DNA from: Longilinea sp.
GTDB lineage: Bacteria > Chloroflexota > Anaerolineae > Anaerolineales > Anaerolineaceae
Direction of reading: 5' to 3'
Length of the DNA stretch: 64,000 nt
Assembly: GCA_039810245.1 (NCBI GenBank)
Contig: JBDHWQ010000023.1
Span: 603-64,602, forward strand
The stretch's first letter is position 1. Every line of letters begins with the position of its first letter. The notes under the pieces are model-generated. The model did no database searches and had not been told where the DNA came from. It saw nothing but the letters and a program-made list of their open reading frames with translations. The position numbers were made by a program, and so were the translations under genes. Positions 9,646 to 18,717 of the stretch are shown here, piece by piece.

Positions 9646-10817
9646 GACAGCCGGACCTGGCCGGTATGTTGGAGATATGCATCAGGCGTATTCGGATGGG
9701 CAGTTCCATCGATGAAGCGCTGGCAGATTTTCCCGAGCAGGCTGCGGAACTGCGCCGCCTGCTGCAAATCAGCATGTCTTCCATGCTTCAGCCCGGAGAA
9801 CTTCACCCGCTCACTTCCGCCCAGGTGGAAAGCCGGCGCCAGTTCCTCGACCAGGCCGCGCAACTCAAACAGCGCCGGGTGGAAGCGGCGTTATGGAGCG
9901 TTCTTTCCCTGGTCTGGCGCAACCTTAGCTCGGTTGTCTTTGCCGCCGCCGTCTTCTTGTTAGCGTTTGTGGCGCTGGGCTCGGCCAGAGCCTTGCCTGG
10001 CGACAGGCTGTACTCGGTCAAACTGGCTGCTGAGCAGTTGCAGATCGACCTCGCAGCGGACCCCACATTCCGCGCGCAGCAACAAACGAACTTCGCAGCC
10101 CGCCGGGTAGAAGAAGTAAAACAGATGATCCAGATGAGGCGCAGCGGGGCGGTCACTTTCAGTGGGTTCTTACTCAGCACTGAGCCACAGACAGGCTGGC
10201 AGGTGGCCGGAGTTCCCCTAAGGCTCAGCGCCGATCAGACGCAACAGACCCAGGCCCTCTCCGGCGTGAATGTTGAAGTCAAAGGTTGGTTGGACAGCGA
10301 CGGGCAGGTACAGGTGGAAACGCTACGCCCCCTGCTGGAGAATTTGCAAGGTACACTCACCAACCTGTCGCCCGATCGCTGGGTGGTCAGCGGCCAGACG
10401 GTCCGGATTAGCCAGATCACGCGCATCAATGGCGTGCCGCACCTGGGCAGCCAGGTGCAGGCTCAGGTTGCTCGGCTGGCAAATAGCGACCAGCTTCTGG
10501 CTATAAGCGTCAGTTTGAGTGGTGGCACACAGATATCTCCTACCCGTACGGCTACTCCCACATCGACAGATACCGCTAAGCCAACGCCAACTGAGGGAAA
10601 CACGGTAACCCCGCAGCCCAAAAAGGAAACACCGGTTGCTCCCCAGGTTGAACCCACCGTCGAGCAGGAGAAATCCGAGCATGAAACACCTGAGCCCTCT
10701 GATGAAGAGCACGAAAAAGAATCTCAGGATGCTACCAAACACAATGAGACCGCTAATCCTGAAGAAACCAATCACCCCGCCAGTGAAAGTACCGCCAGTC
10801 ACCCGGAGGACGATTAG
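9642..10817 (+). CDS. putative anti-sigma factor / DUF5666-like extracytoplasmic protein
   Basis: Translationally coupled to the ECF sigma gene. A single TM helix ('VVFAAAVFLLAFVALG') is followed by beta-rich repeats ('VEVKGWLDSDGQVQVE', 'VSGQTVRISQIT') and a Thr/Pro/Glu-rich tail. Confidence 0.65.
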   Translation: MRQPDLAGMLEICIRRIRMGSSIDEALADFPEQAAELRRLLQISMSSMLQPGELHPLTSAQVESRRQFLDQAAQLKQRRVEAALWSVLSLVWRNLSSVVFAAAVFLLAFVALGSARALPGDRLYSVKLAAEQLQIDLAADPTFRAQQQTNFAARRVEEVKQMIQMRRSGAVTFSGFLLSTEPQTGWQVAGVPLRLSADQTQQTQALSGVNVEVKGWLDSDGQVQVETLRPLLENLQGTLTNLSPDRWVVSGQTVRISQITRINGVPHLGSQVQAQVARLANSDQLLAISVSLSGGTQISPTRTATPTSTDTAKPTPTEGNTVTPQPKKETPVAPQVEPTVEQEKSEHETPEPSDEEHEKESQDATKHNETANPEETNHPASESTASHPEDD

Positions 10818-10903
10818 CTCCTGCTGTATGAATAGAGCATCTTCTTGTTCAAGAAGATGCTCTTTGATTTCTGAATTGCGCGAGTGCGGGATGTCGAGAG
10901 GTG

Positions 10904-12859
10904 TTACTGCGGAGTGTGCGCCAGTACCATGAAAGTTGTCATTACTGCCTCACCATTTCCGATGGACATGCGATTGCCTTCAAAGATGGCCTCGGCGAAT
11001 AACTCGCGACCAACATACTCCCAATCCTTAACCTGAAAAACGGATCCCTGCACCATGTCTTGGTGCAGAAAGTAGAAGAGCGGCGCCCAACTGAGGGTGA
11101 CGGGAACGCTGCCGGTGGGGCAGGTGTAGACCATTTCCTCAAAAGGCGCATCCGGCCAGAGGGCGACCGTCACTTCCATTCGTTCCTGGTAGATGTTCAA
11201 GTTTCCATCCGTAACCCGCAAGGTTCCATCCGGATAATTCAGGGTGCGCGGGCAGGGCGTATCACCCCCTTCGACCGTGTATTCCAGGTGGCGCAAGGGT
11301 TGCTGATCAGCCTGCACCAGGCTGCCGTTTGCGGTGAAGCGCACTTTGATCCCTTCTGATTTGAGATGGACTGTGTAGCTCAACTGTTGTGTTCGTACTT
11401 CTACCCGAGAGTCAAAATCCATCTCAAAACTCAGGCAGCGTTGCGAATCCGTCTGCATGCGGCCCAAATAATCTGACCCCATCACGGCTCGAAAATCAGC
11501 GTCCTGGTTGGCCAGCACAGCCATGTTGTACCAGTACATCACATTGTAGACATAGGCAGCCCTGGTGTCCGGCTGCGCCGCGCTGACGCACCGGTTCACC
11601 GCCTGGTTGAATTTGTGCCGGTAATAATCTGCCACGCTTTGCGGGTATTGGGCTACCGCATCGGACACTGCCTGGACGTGCGGGTCAACCGGATCGGCGG
11701 CATAATACTGGGCGATGGCTTTTGAAATTGCATCTGCGCGTGGGTCAACCGGTATCATGCCGTACTGAGCAACTGCGTCGGCAATCGCCTGCGCGCGTGG
11801 ATCCAGCGCCTCAACCGCCTGGCCATACTGGGCGACTGCTTTTGATATCGCATCGGCGCGCGGGTCTGGGGGCACGGCCACCTGGCCGTCGCCGGCTAGC
11901 GGCAGTGTGACCTGTGTTCCGGTCACCGCATACGCGATGTTTTCCCCCGTTTCTACCATCGCGCTTCCTTTGCTCATGGCAACGGTCATCTCAGCCCCGG
12001 GGACGGCCTGAACAAACGCGGTTGATCCCAGGTGGAAGGCCGCGGAATTGATGCTCAGGCTGGCCACCTCTCCCCCTGCCTGGGTGGAGATCAGCAGCCC
12101 GTTTAAGGGTTCAGCCTGGCCGGCCGGGTTGGGTTGGCTGGAAAAGCGCAGCCGCTGCAAGGGGTCTACCCGGCCCACTGGAAGCAGATCGCCTGCCTGC
12201 ACCTTGGTTTCCCTGGCCGGGGGCGGTGCGGGTGTTGCACCAAAACCGGGGACTCCGGGCATGGACAGCGCGAATGGGTTCACTCCGGCCAGGTCCGCCT
12301 GGGTTTCTGCTGGCGCGGAAGGACTGGCTGTTGCATTGTCCGTTGGCAAACCATGGGGGAGAATGGTTGGGATGAATAACGCATCTGAAATATCCACGTC
12401 CAAATTGCTGATTTGCGCATTTCCCATCAGGACCAGGTTGGCACTCTGCCCTGGTTCCAAATCTGCCTGCAGGCGTACCAGGGCCAGGCTCCATTCACCG
12501 GGCTGGCTTTCTACTTCTAATCCATCTATCCCGGCCAGGTCAATTAAATCACCTGGTTGACGAAACTCGCCTGCCGGTTCACCGGTCAGCGTAGTCGCCC
12601 GCACCTTTCCGGCGCCATAACACGCCTGGTCAATACCTGTATTGGCGCAAACCAGCAGCATGGACTGGAAGACGGCTGCAAAACCTGGGATTTCGCTGTG
12701 ATCTTCGGAAACCGGCGTGTCAGCCGCCTGGCCGGGCTCTGCCTGCCTGGTTGAGGTGGCGGGAGCAGTTGCGTTCGGCTGGCAGGCAGCCAGGATCAGG
12801 CAAAACAAAACCAGGCCCATACCCAAGCGGCCCGCCAGGTAGGTGAGATATACCCTCAT
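10904..12859 (-). CDS. large secreted lipoprotein with internal tandem repeats, unknown function
   Basis: Signal peptide with lipobox 'LILAAC'. Four tandem 19-21 aa units of the form DP(R/H)xxA(I/V)xxA(V/I)AQY. No catalytic motif recognised. Confidence 0.6.
   Translation of the reverse strand: MRVYLTYLAGRLGMGLVLFCLILAACQPNATAPATSTRQAEPGQAADTPVSEDHSEIPGFAAVFQSMLLVCANTGIDQACYGAGKVRATTLTGEPAGEFRQPGDLIDLAGIDGLEVESQPGEWSLALVRLQADLEPGQSANLVLMGNAQISNLDVDISDALFIPTILPHGLPTDNATASPSAPAETQADLAGVNPFALSMPGVPGFGATPAPPPARETKVQAGDLLPVGRVDPLQRLRFSSQPNPAGQAEPLNGLLISTQAGGEVASLSINSAAFHLGSTAFVQAVPGAEMTVAMSKGSAMVETGENIAYAVTGTQVTLPLAGDGQVAVPPDPRADAISKAVAQYGQAVEALDPRAQAIADAVAQYGMIPVDPRADAISKAIAQYYAADPVDPHVQAVSDAVAQYPQSVADYYRHKFNQAVNRCVSAAQPDTRAAYVYNVMYWYNMAVLANQDADFRAVMGSDYLGRMQTDSQRCLSFEMDFDSRVEVRTQQLSYTVHLKSEGIKVRFTANGSLVQADQQPLRHLEYTVEGGDTPCPRTLNYPDGTLRVTDGNLNIYQERMEVTVALWPDAPFEEMVYTCPTGSVPVTLSWAPLFYFLHQDMVQGSVFQVKDWEYVGRELFAEAIFEGNRMSIGNGEAVMTTFMVLAHTPQ
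11643..11869 (-). repeat. four tandem ~57-63 nt coding repeats
   Basis: The units are 'DPRADAISKAVAQYGQAVEAL', 'DPRAQAIADAVAQYGMIPV', 'DPRADAISKAIAQYYAADPV' and 'DPHVQAVSDAVAQYPQS', read from the translation and located on the DNA. Confidence 0.8.
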
Positions 12860-13098
12860 CTATCGCTCCTTAATAATGTTAATAATATTTCGGGCAGGTT
12901 TGTACTGAATTTCCCCAGACCTATTATACGGAAACCGGCCGCGCTGCGGGGTCTATTATTGCTATAAAAATGATACAAATGATGGACAATTACTCATTCC
13001 AGCCAGGGTTGGCATAGATTAGCGTAGATACCTGTCGTATCACCTTCAATAGCAATAGATTATATTATTTTTGATCTAATAACACTATAATTCCCATT

Positions 13099-14250
13099 AT
13101 GTTCGGCAAAGCGTTGATACCCATTCTCTTGTGTGCATTGCTGCTCCAGGCGTGCGCTGTTCACCCCGCGCCAACCACGCAGCCTGGGCCCACTGCGCCG
13201 CCTGAACCCACGCTGGTGGTTTCAGTGCAGGTCGTAATTGCGCCGACCGCCACAGAATCACGGCCAACATCCATCCCAACCCCACAGCCAACCGCGACCG
13301 CGCAGCCGACATTGGGACCAACGGCTACCGTTTGGCCGCCGGTGTTTGATCTTTATTCCCTTCAGGACATCCGCAACCTGGATAGCTTTGTGGTGACCGT
13401 GAACGAGAAGAATACGGTAAACGGCCAGCTGACCCAGCTGACCAACACGATTGGATACATCAAAGAGCCTTTTGCGGCATATAACCTCAACCAGTACTAT
13501 AGTGGCACGGACCGCACGTATGTTGTTGGTGGCTGGACGTATACATCCACGGGCAGCGGTGATTGGTATATCTCTGCCAGGCCAAGTGATGACGTTTTTT
13601 TGAAAGCGGATAGCCCTGCCGGGAACACAGAAAAACTGGTGGACGCTCAATTCGCCGGCCTTGAGGAATTCCAGGGCATCCCGGCGTACCATTTTGTTCT
13701 CAGCCCGACCACATCTACGCAAGCCAATACCAAAACGCAATTGGAAGGTGATTTCTACCTGGCGCGAGAAGGCAACTATGTGTTGTATTCTCACTGGAAG
13801 GAGACCAGCGGCCAGGACAATTTCCAACAGGTGTATGAGGTAACCGAGACCGTATCCTCGATCAACGAGTTAGGTGAGATCAAGATCCCAGCCGATTTGG
13901 AGCCGATGGTGACCGCGGCGCAACTGCCCGCGGAGATGGGCCTGCCCTTACCGGGGGATAGCGCTCTCTACCAGATGATCCGTTATAAGAATGGAATTGG
14001 CGTTGACCTTTACTATTTTTCCGATCCAAAAGTCAGCAAAGAGCAGTTCCTGGATTACTACCGCCAGATGCCGGAAACGGATGGATGGCATGTGACGCAC
14101 GTCGGGCATGTGAACTTGCACCAGGATGATTGCGAGTTCTCACAAGAATGTGTGATGATTCAGAAAGGGAACACGCAGGTGATCCTGTATTACAACGGCG
14201 TCACCGTCAGGGCAGAATTCGATTGGCCGCATTTATATTCTCCATTGTAG
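13099..14250 (+). CDS. secreted lipoprotein, unknown function
   Basis: 'MFGKALIPILLCALLLQAC' is a lipobox signal, followed by a Pro/Thr-rich linker. A TATAAT box at 13086-13091 lies only 7 nt before the ATG. Confidence 0.6.
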   Translation: MFGKALIPILLCALLLQACAVHPAPTTQPGPTAPPEPTLVVSVQVVIAPTATESRPTSIPTPQPTATAQPTLGPTATVWPPVFDLYSLQDIRNLDSFVVTVNEKNTVNGQLTQLTNTIGYIKEPFAAYNLNQYYSGTDRTYVVGGWTYTSTGSGDWYISARPSDDVFLKADSPAGNTEKLVDAQFAGLEEFQGIPAYHFVLSPTTSTQANTKTQLEGDFYLAREGNYVLYSHWKETSGQDNFQQVYEVTETVSSINELGEIKIPADLEPMVTAAQLPAEMGLPLPGDSALYQMIRYKNGIGVDLYYFSDPKVSKEQFLDYYRQMPETDGWHVTHVGHVNLHQDDCEFSQECVMIQKGNTQVILYYNGVTVRAEFDWPHLYSPL

Positions 14251-14447
14251 ACAAGGCGAGAGCGGCGGAATTGTTTTTCCTTCTGTCGAAACCAGGTAGA
14301 AAAACAGATTCTGGAAGCACTTAAAGAAGAGTCTTATGAGCAGTATCAAGCATTCATCAGCGAGCGAGACGCCACAGCATCACGCTTCCGTGAAAGCATT
14401 CCTTGCTTCAATAGAGGATGAACAGACATGAACCATCAAATCAGAGT

Positions 14448-14954
14448 TTATCGCGTCCAAAGGAGAAGGCTGGCCAACCAACCGAAGAAGGACAGTCCCA
14501 CTCCAAACGCCACATGGTTCATCAGCGTGCGCAGCCTTGCCTGCATCGGATTCGCCGATCTGGACGCCGCGACACCAAATCCAAACGACGGCTGCATGAT
14601 CAAGAATGGCGCCAGCACGGTAACAACGCCGAAAACCAGCGCGGCGGACGGGGTGGGGCGTTCCAGCCAGCGGGTGCCCATGATGGCGATAAACATGCCG
14701 GCAAAGGTAATGCCGATCAGGTAATGCGCCAACCATCCCACCTGGCATTCCGCATTCTTCCGTGGCGAAGCGGCGATGTTGGCATGCCGGAAAACGCCAG
14801 CGGGCATATAGCGGATCCAGCGCCCGACCAGGCAAATGTTGGATGGCGGAATTTTCAGAATCTGTTTGAGCAACAGTCCCCACAGGTCAAAGGTGAGTGT
14901 CGCGCCAATTCCCATCAGGACGGCGCTGAGGATGATAAGAGCAAGCGTGTTCAT
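14448..14954 (-). CDS. small multi-pass membrane protein (DUF2938-like)
   Basis: Track ORF 14448-15089 trimmed to the ATG at 14954 ('MNTLALIILSAVLMGIGATLTFDLWGLLLK'). The longer version would overlap the upstream gene and has an Arg/Ser/Pro-rich extension that does not look like protein. Confidence 0.6.
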   Translation of the reverse strand: MNTLALIILSAVLMGIGATLTFDLWGLLLKQILKIPPSNICLVGRWIRYMPAGVFRHANIAASPRKNAECQVGWLAHYLIGITFAGMFIAIMGTRWLERPTPSAALVFGVVTVLAPFLIMQPSFGFGVAASRSANPMQARLRTLMNHVAFGVGLSFFGWLASLLLWTR

Positions 14955-14985
14955 GGATTCCTTTTTGTTGGCTGAACGATCTGGC

Positions 14986-15246
14986 CTATGTGGGGTCGTT
15001 GTGGCTGCCGGTGATGGCATTGACAGAGATGAGGGTGATCCCCAGGTCGCGGATGCGCCGCAGGATGCCGTGCAGCGCCGCCTGGTCAATCACCGCGCCG
15101 GTGAGAAGCGTGGTGCCGTCGTCTTCCAGGGTGATGCTCAACCCATCAAACCGGTCTGACCACTGGCGGCCCAGATGGCCCTGGATGCGGATCTGGTAGA
15201 TCCTGGGTTGGTTTGTGGGGCCATCTGGGCTGCGCGTGTTTGACAT
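14986..15246 (-). CDS. conserved small protein of unknown function (paralog of 34713-34937)
   Basis: 86 aa. The block 'IYQIRIQGHLGRQWSDRFDGLSITLEDDGTTLLTGAVIDQAALHGILRRIRDLGITLISV' aligns by eye with the 34713-34937 product. Confidence 0.6.
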   Translation of the reverse strand: MSNTRSPDGPTNQPRIYQIRIQGHLGRQWSDRFDGLSITLEDDGTTLLTGAVIDQAALHGILRRIRDLGITLISVNAITGSHNDPT

Positions 15247-15266
15247 TTTCTTTTTCGCTTTCTTCT

Positions 15267-16178
15267 TTATGCCACCTGGATAACAACATTCCCGGCTTTG
15301 CGCCCCAGGCCAACGTAACGGTGCGCCTCGGGTACCTGTTCCAGCGGGTAGCAGCGGTCGATGACCGCCCGGATCTTGCCGGCTTCGATCAGGTCACGGA
15401 CGGTAGACAGTTCTTCGAGGCTCTGCTTGGTGTTGAGTCTGGCAACGCTGACAAACGCCCCGCCCGGCGCCAGCGCTTTTTCGGCCTTATCCTTTGGGCA
15501 TTTGCCCACCGCATCGCAGATGGCGTCATACTGCGCTCCGCCAGCCGAAAAATCTTCGCGGGTGTAATCGATCACCCGGTCCGCCCCCAGCGCCTTCACC
15601 ATGCCCAGATTCTCGGTACTGCAAACCGCGGTCACATGCGCACCGAACGCTTTGGCGATCTGCACCGCATAGGTGCCCACGCTGCCGGACGCGCCGTAAA
15701 TCAGCACTTTTTGCCCGCGTTGTACCTTGCCTTTGCGCAGCAGACGCAGGGCGGTCGGCGCGCCGATCGGCACCGCGGCGGCTTCTTCATAGGTCATGTT
15801 ATGCGGCTTGGGTAGAACCATACTATCTTCCCGCAGGCTCTTATATTCCGCGTGCCCGCCGAAGTTCTGCGCCAGGGTAGATGCAAACACTGCGTCGCCG
15901 ACCTTGAAGCGGGTCACGCCCTGGCCGACTGCCACAACCTCACCGGAAAGTTCCATGCCGTAAATTGGGTGTTTGGGTTTGGTGAAACCCAGCGTGATCC
16001 GCGCGGGGAGCCAGAACGCGGGTGGCACGTCCAGGCTGCGCATGCGCAGATCCCCGGCGCTGATGGTCGTCGCGCGTACTTTCACTAAGATTTCGTTGTC
16101 TTTGGGGGCCGGTGTTTGCACTTCCATGAGCTGAAGTACTTCAGGACCGCCGAACTTGCTTGCTACAATCGCTTTCAT
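15267..16178 (-). CDS. NAD(P)H-dependent quinone oxidoreductase / zinc-type alcohol dehydrogenase superfamily (MDR)
   Basis: 'MKAIVASKFGGPEVLQLMEVQTPAP...ILVKVRATTISAGD' together with the Rossmann motif 'VLIYGASGSVGTYAVQIAK'. Confidence 0.85.
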   Translation of the reverse strand: MKAIVASKFGGPEVLQLMEVQTPAPKDNEILVKVRATTISAGDLRMRSLDVPPAFWLPARITLGFTKPKHPIYGMELSGEVVAVGQGVTRFKVGDAVFASTLAQNFGGHAEYKSLREDSMVLPKPHNMTYEEAAAVPIGAPTALRLLRKGKVQRGQKVLIYGASGSVGTYAVQIAKAFGAHVTAVCSTENLGMVKALGADRVIDYTREDFSAGGAQYDAICDAVGKCPKDKAEKALAPGGAFVSVARLNTKQSLEELSTVRDLIEAGKIRAVIDRCYPLEQVPEAHRYVGLGRKAGNVVIQVA

Positions 16179-16222
16179 TTTGACCTTTCCTTTTTCGCAA
16201 ACATCTTTTTCTTATTACAATC

Positions 16223-16924
16223 TCAAACTGCCTTACCGGGTTCGTGTTGGACGGCATCGAATCGTGCTTTGTCCGTGTTGGCACCGGAGGCTGGCACCCG
16301 GCGCTCAAAAAACAGCGCAAATCCAAGCCAGACCAGAGCCATCCCCGTGGGGATACCTGTCAACTGATCGAGCTGAACAGGAAGCAGCCTGAACAGGATA
16401 CCCGCCAAAGGCCCCGATACGGCCAGCAGGCCGCCCGCTCCGCGCGGCAGGGTGCGCGCGCGGAAGGTAGCGATACCAAACAACACCAGGCCGAATATAA
16501 ACAGCACCGACGCAAGCGAATAAACCGTTTGGAGGCCGCCGAGGTTCATCGAAACAGCGGTTCCGCTTCTCATCGCTAAGGCGCTCTCAACAAACGCCGG
16601 CGCCACGCCTGTCAACAAAGGCAGCACAGTTGGTTCGATGAAGGAGAAACACATCTGCACTGCAAAGTAGGTGGTTAGCAGGAGATAACCGGCCAGGCCC
16701 AGCCAACCAGACGCTTCCACCTGCCTGGCGTACAGCCCCGTAATACCCAACAGGCCAAATATGGACATCAGCGTTTTAACCGAAGTGATGAGGATGAAAG
16801 CGCTGGTGTTGACGGTCGCAAGAACATCCGGTTGCCGGATCGGTAGAATGGCCGCGAATATTGCGCCTGCCACCGCAGCGGATAGCCCTGCTGCACGGAT
16901 GAGATTTGGGACAGTTACCTTCAT
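16223..16924 (-). CDS. multi-pass membrane protein (paralog of 17806-18537)
   Basis: Trimmed to the ATG at 16924, which follows AGGAG. It shares 'YARQVEASGWLGLAGYLL' and 'ATFRARTLPRGAGGLLA' with the paralog's 'YTRQVEKAGWLGLTGFLL' and 'ATFRARVLPRWAAALLA'. Confidence 0.6.
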   Translation of the reverse strand: MKVTVPNLIRAAGLSAAVAGAIFAAILPIRQPDVLATVNTSAFILITSVKTLMSIFGLLGITGLYARQVEASGWLGLAGYLLLTTYFAVQMCFSFIEPTVLPLLTGVAPAFVESALAMRSGTAVSMNLGGLQTVYSLASVLFIFGLVLFGIATFRARTLPRGAGGLLAVSGPLAGILFRLLPVQLDQLTGIPTGMALVWLGFALFFERRVPASGANTDKARFDAVQHEPGKAV

Positions 16925-16993
16925 TTTGCACTCCTGATCGCGGTCTTTGCTTTGAGGTTTATGCATTGGCATTCTTCACGGTGCACGGTCTTG

Positions 16994-17728
16994 CTATTCC
17001 TGTTGTTCTCTGTCAAGATCCGCGGTGATGGCGGTGGGCTTGAAACCTTTGACGATCAGGTAAACGCCCAACCCAAACTCGAACGTCGCGATTGGGATCA
17101 CACTGAGGGTGGTGAGTGTCAATGCCAGCCCGCTGACCCCGAACATGAGCAGCGCCATATTGACAAACATCACCGGCGCGCCGATGAAGGCCAGCACGGG
17201 CAGTAACCTTGGCACCAGGCGCGACCGGTAGAGCATATAGCCCAGGAGCAGGTCGTTCACGGCCGGCATGATGCCCTGCCCGAGGTGGAACCAGTCGTAC
17301 TGCGCGATCAGCGCCCGGGCGGTGACCAATCCTTCTGCGCCAACCCCGCTTTTCCTTAAGCTAACGATCGTCATGAGAGAAACCACGCCGGCAAAGATGG
17401 TAGCGGCTTCGAGGATGCGCGACCCAATGAAACCCAGTGATAAGACTTCGTTCTGCCGCTTGAGCGCAGGGAACAGCGCGACTGCCGTGCCGATGCCGGT
17501 AAGCGCAACGATGATCTCCAGGATGCCGCCGACAACGACGCCCGTATCAGGGCCGAGGCCTAAGATGTAGTTTGGTGTACGCACCGCGGCGTACAGGGCA
17601 AATTGTGGGACTGCGATGAAGGTGAGCAGGTACAGAATACCCGCGGCGAGTGAGATCTTTCGCGATGGGGCCAGAGAAGTGCGGGACATGTCAGGGGCGT
17701 GGTCTTGATCCAGAACATTGGCTTTCAT
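16994..17728 (-). CDS. DUF4386-like multi-pass membrane protein
   Basis: Trimmed to the ATG at 17728, which follows AAGGAG. Contains 'SLAAGILYLLTFIAVPQFALY' and 'NDLLLGYMLYRSRLVPRLLPVLAFIG', typical of the family as I recall it. Confidence 0.6.
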   Translation of the reverse strand: MKANVLDQDHAPDMSRTSLAPSRKISLAAGILYLLTFIAVPQFALYAAVRTPNYILGLGPDTGVVVGGILEIIVALTGIGTAVALFPALKRQNEVLSLGFIGSRILEAATIFAGVVSLMTIVSLRKSGVGAEGLVTARALIAQYDWFHLGQGIMPAVNDLLLGYMLYRSRLVPRLLPVLAFIGAPVMFVNMALLMFGVSGLALTLTTLSVIPIATFEFGLGVYLIVKGFKPTAITADLDREQQE

Positions 17729-17805
17729 TTCGTAACTCCTTGTGTACACGATTGCGATTGCTTCCGGCAGGTGGTCACCAGACCACCTGCCGCATCTCAT
17801 CCGCT

Positions 17806-18537
17806 TCAGGCGGCGTTGGTTGCTTCAGGGTTGGCGGTTTGTTGGGCGAGCATGGTTTCCGCGGATTTGACCCGCCGTTCGGTTAGCAGCGCGTAGCCCA
17901 TCCAGGCTAGGCCCAATCCCATGGGAACCATGATGATTTTTGCCGCGGTCTCGGTGGATACGAGAGCGCTAAACGGCACCATCACCGACCCGAGGGCCAG
18001 TAAAGCGGCTGCCCAGCGCGGCAGCACTCGGGCGCGGAAAGTAGCGATGGCAAACAGCAGCGAGCCTAAGATCAGCATCGGCGTGGAGATCGTCCACAGC
18101 AGGGGCAGTGCGCCAAGGTTTACCTGGCTGGGTACCCCGGTGAACATTCCCATGAGGCCGGCCACGAAGGGCGGAAACGCACTCGCCAACTGGGGTAGAA
18201 GCACAGCTTCGACGAAAGAAACCATTCCGACCAGTGCCATCCAGGCGCTGAACAGGAGGAAGCCGGTCAGCCCCAGCCAGCCGGCCTTTTCGACCTGCCG
18301 GGTGTACACTCCCGCCAGCCCCAACACACCGAAGAAGCCCAGGGAGGTTGCAAAGATGTGGACGATGATCCAGGTGGAGGTCGTGACCGAAGCAGGCTCA
18401 TTGGCCGGGTGGAACATGCCCAACACGACAATACCCACCCCGGCCAGCATGGCCGAGAACCCTGCCAACCGCATAAGTGCCGCGGTAGAAATCCTTGCAT
18501 TGGTCTCTTTTTTGGCGTTCGTGTTTTTCGTATTCAT
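17806..18537 (-). CDS. multi-pass membrane protein (paralog of 16223-16924)
   Basis: Trimmed to the ATG at 18537, which follows AAAGGAGAG. The paralogy motifs are listed under 16223-16924. Confidence 0.6.
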   Translation of the reverse strand: MNTKNTNAKKETNARISTAALMRLAGFSAMLAGVGIVVLGMFHPANEPASVTTSTWIIVHIFATSLGFFGVLGLAGVYTRQVEKAGWLGLTGFLLFSAWMALVGMVSFVEAVLLPQLASAFPPFVAGLMGMFTGVPSQVNLGALPLLWTISTPMLILGSLLFAIATFRARVLPRWAAALLALGSVMVPFSALVSTETAAKIIMVPMGLGLAWMGYALLTERRVKSAETMLAQQTANPEATNAA

Positions 18538-18717
18538 TTGAACTCTCCTTTCAATCTCGCTTACCGATAGGTTGTTGATTACGATGACAATATACAAAAG
18601 CGTGTGGGGAGATGTCTTCCCCATATGTGGGGATTGCTGTTGGTAGGGTGTGGGGATTAACAAGAGCGGGCCGGGGAGCATAACCAGCTCCCCGGCCCGC
18701 AATCCGAAAAAAAGAAT

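Noticed and set aside
14296-14421. A start-less 42-codon frame 'VEKQILEALKEESYEQYQAFISERDATASRFRESIPCFNRG' in the spacer after the 13099-14250 lipoprotein gene. It reads like protein and is lower in GC.
   Set aside because: It has no start codon, no RBS and no recognisable motif, and it is too short to call. It may be another gene remnant.
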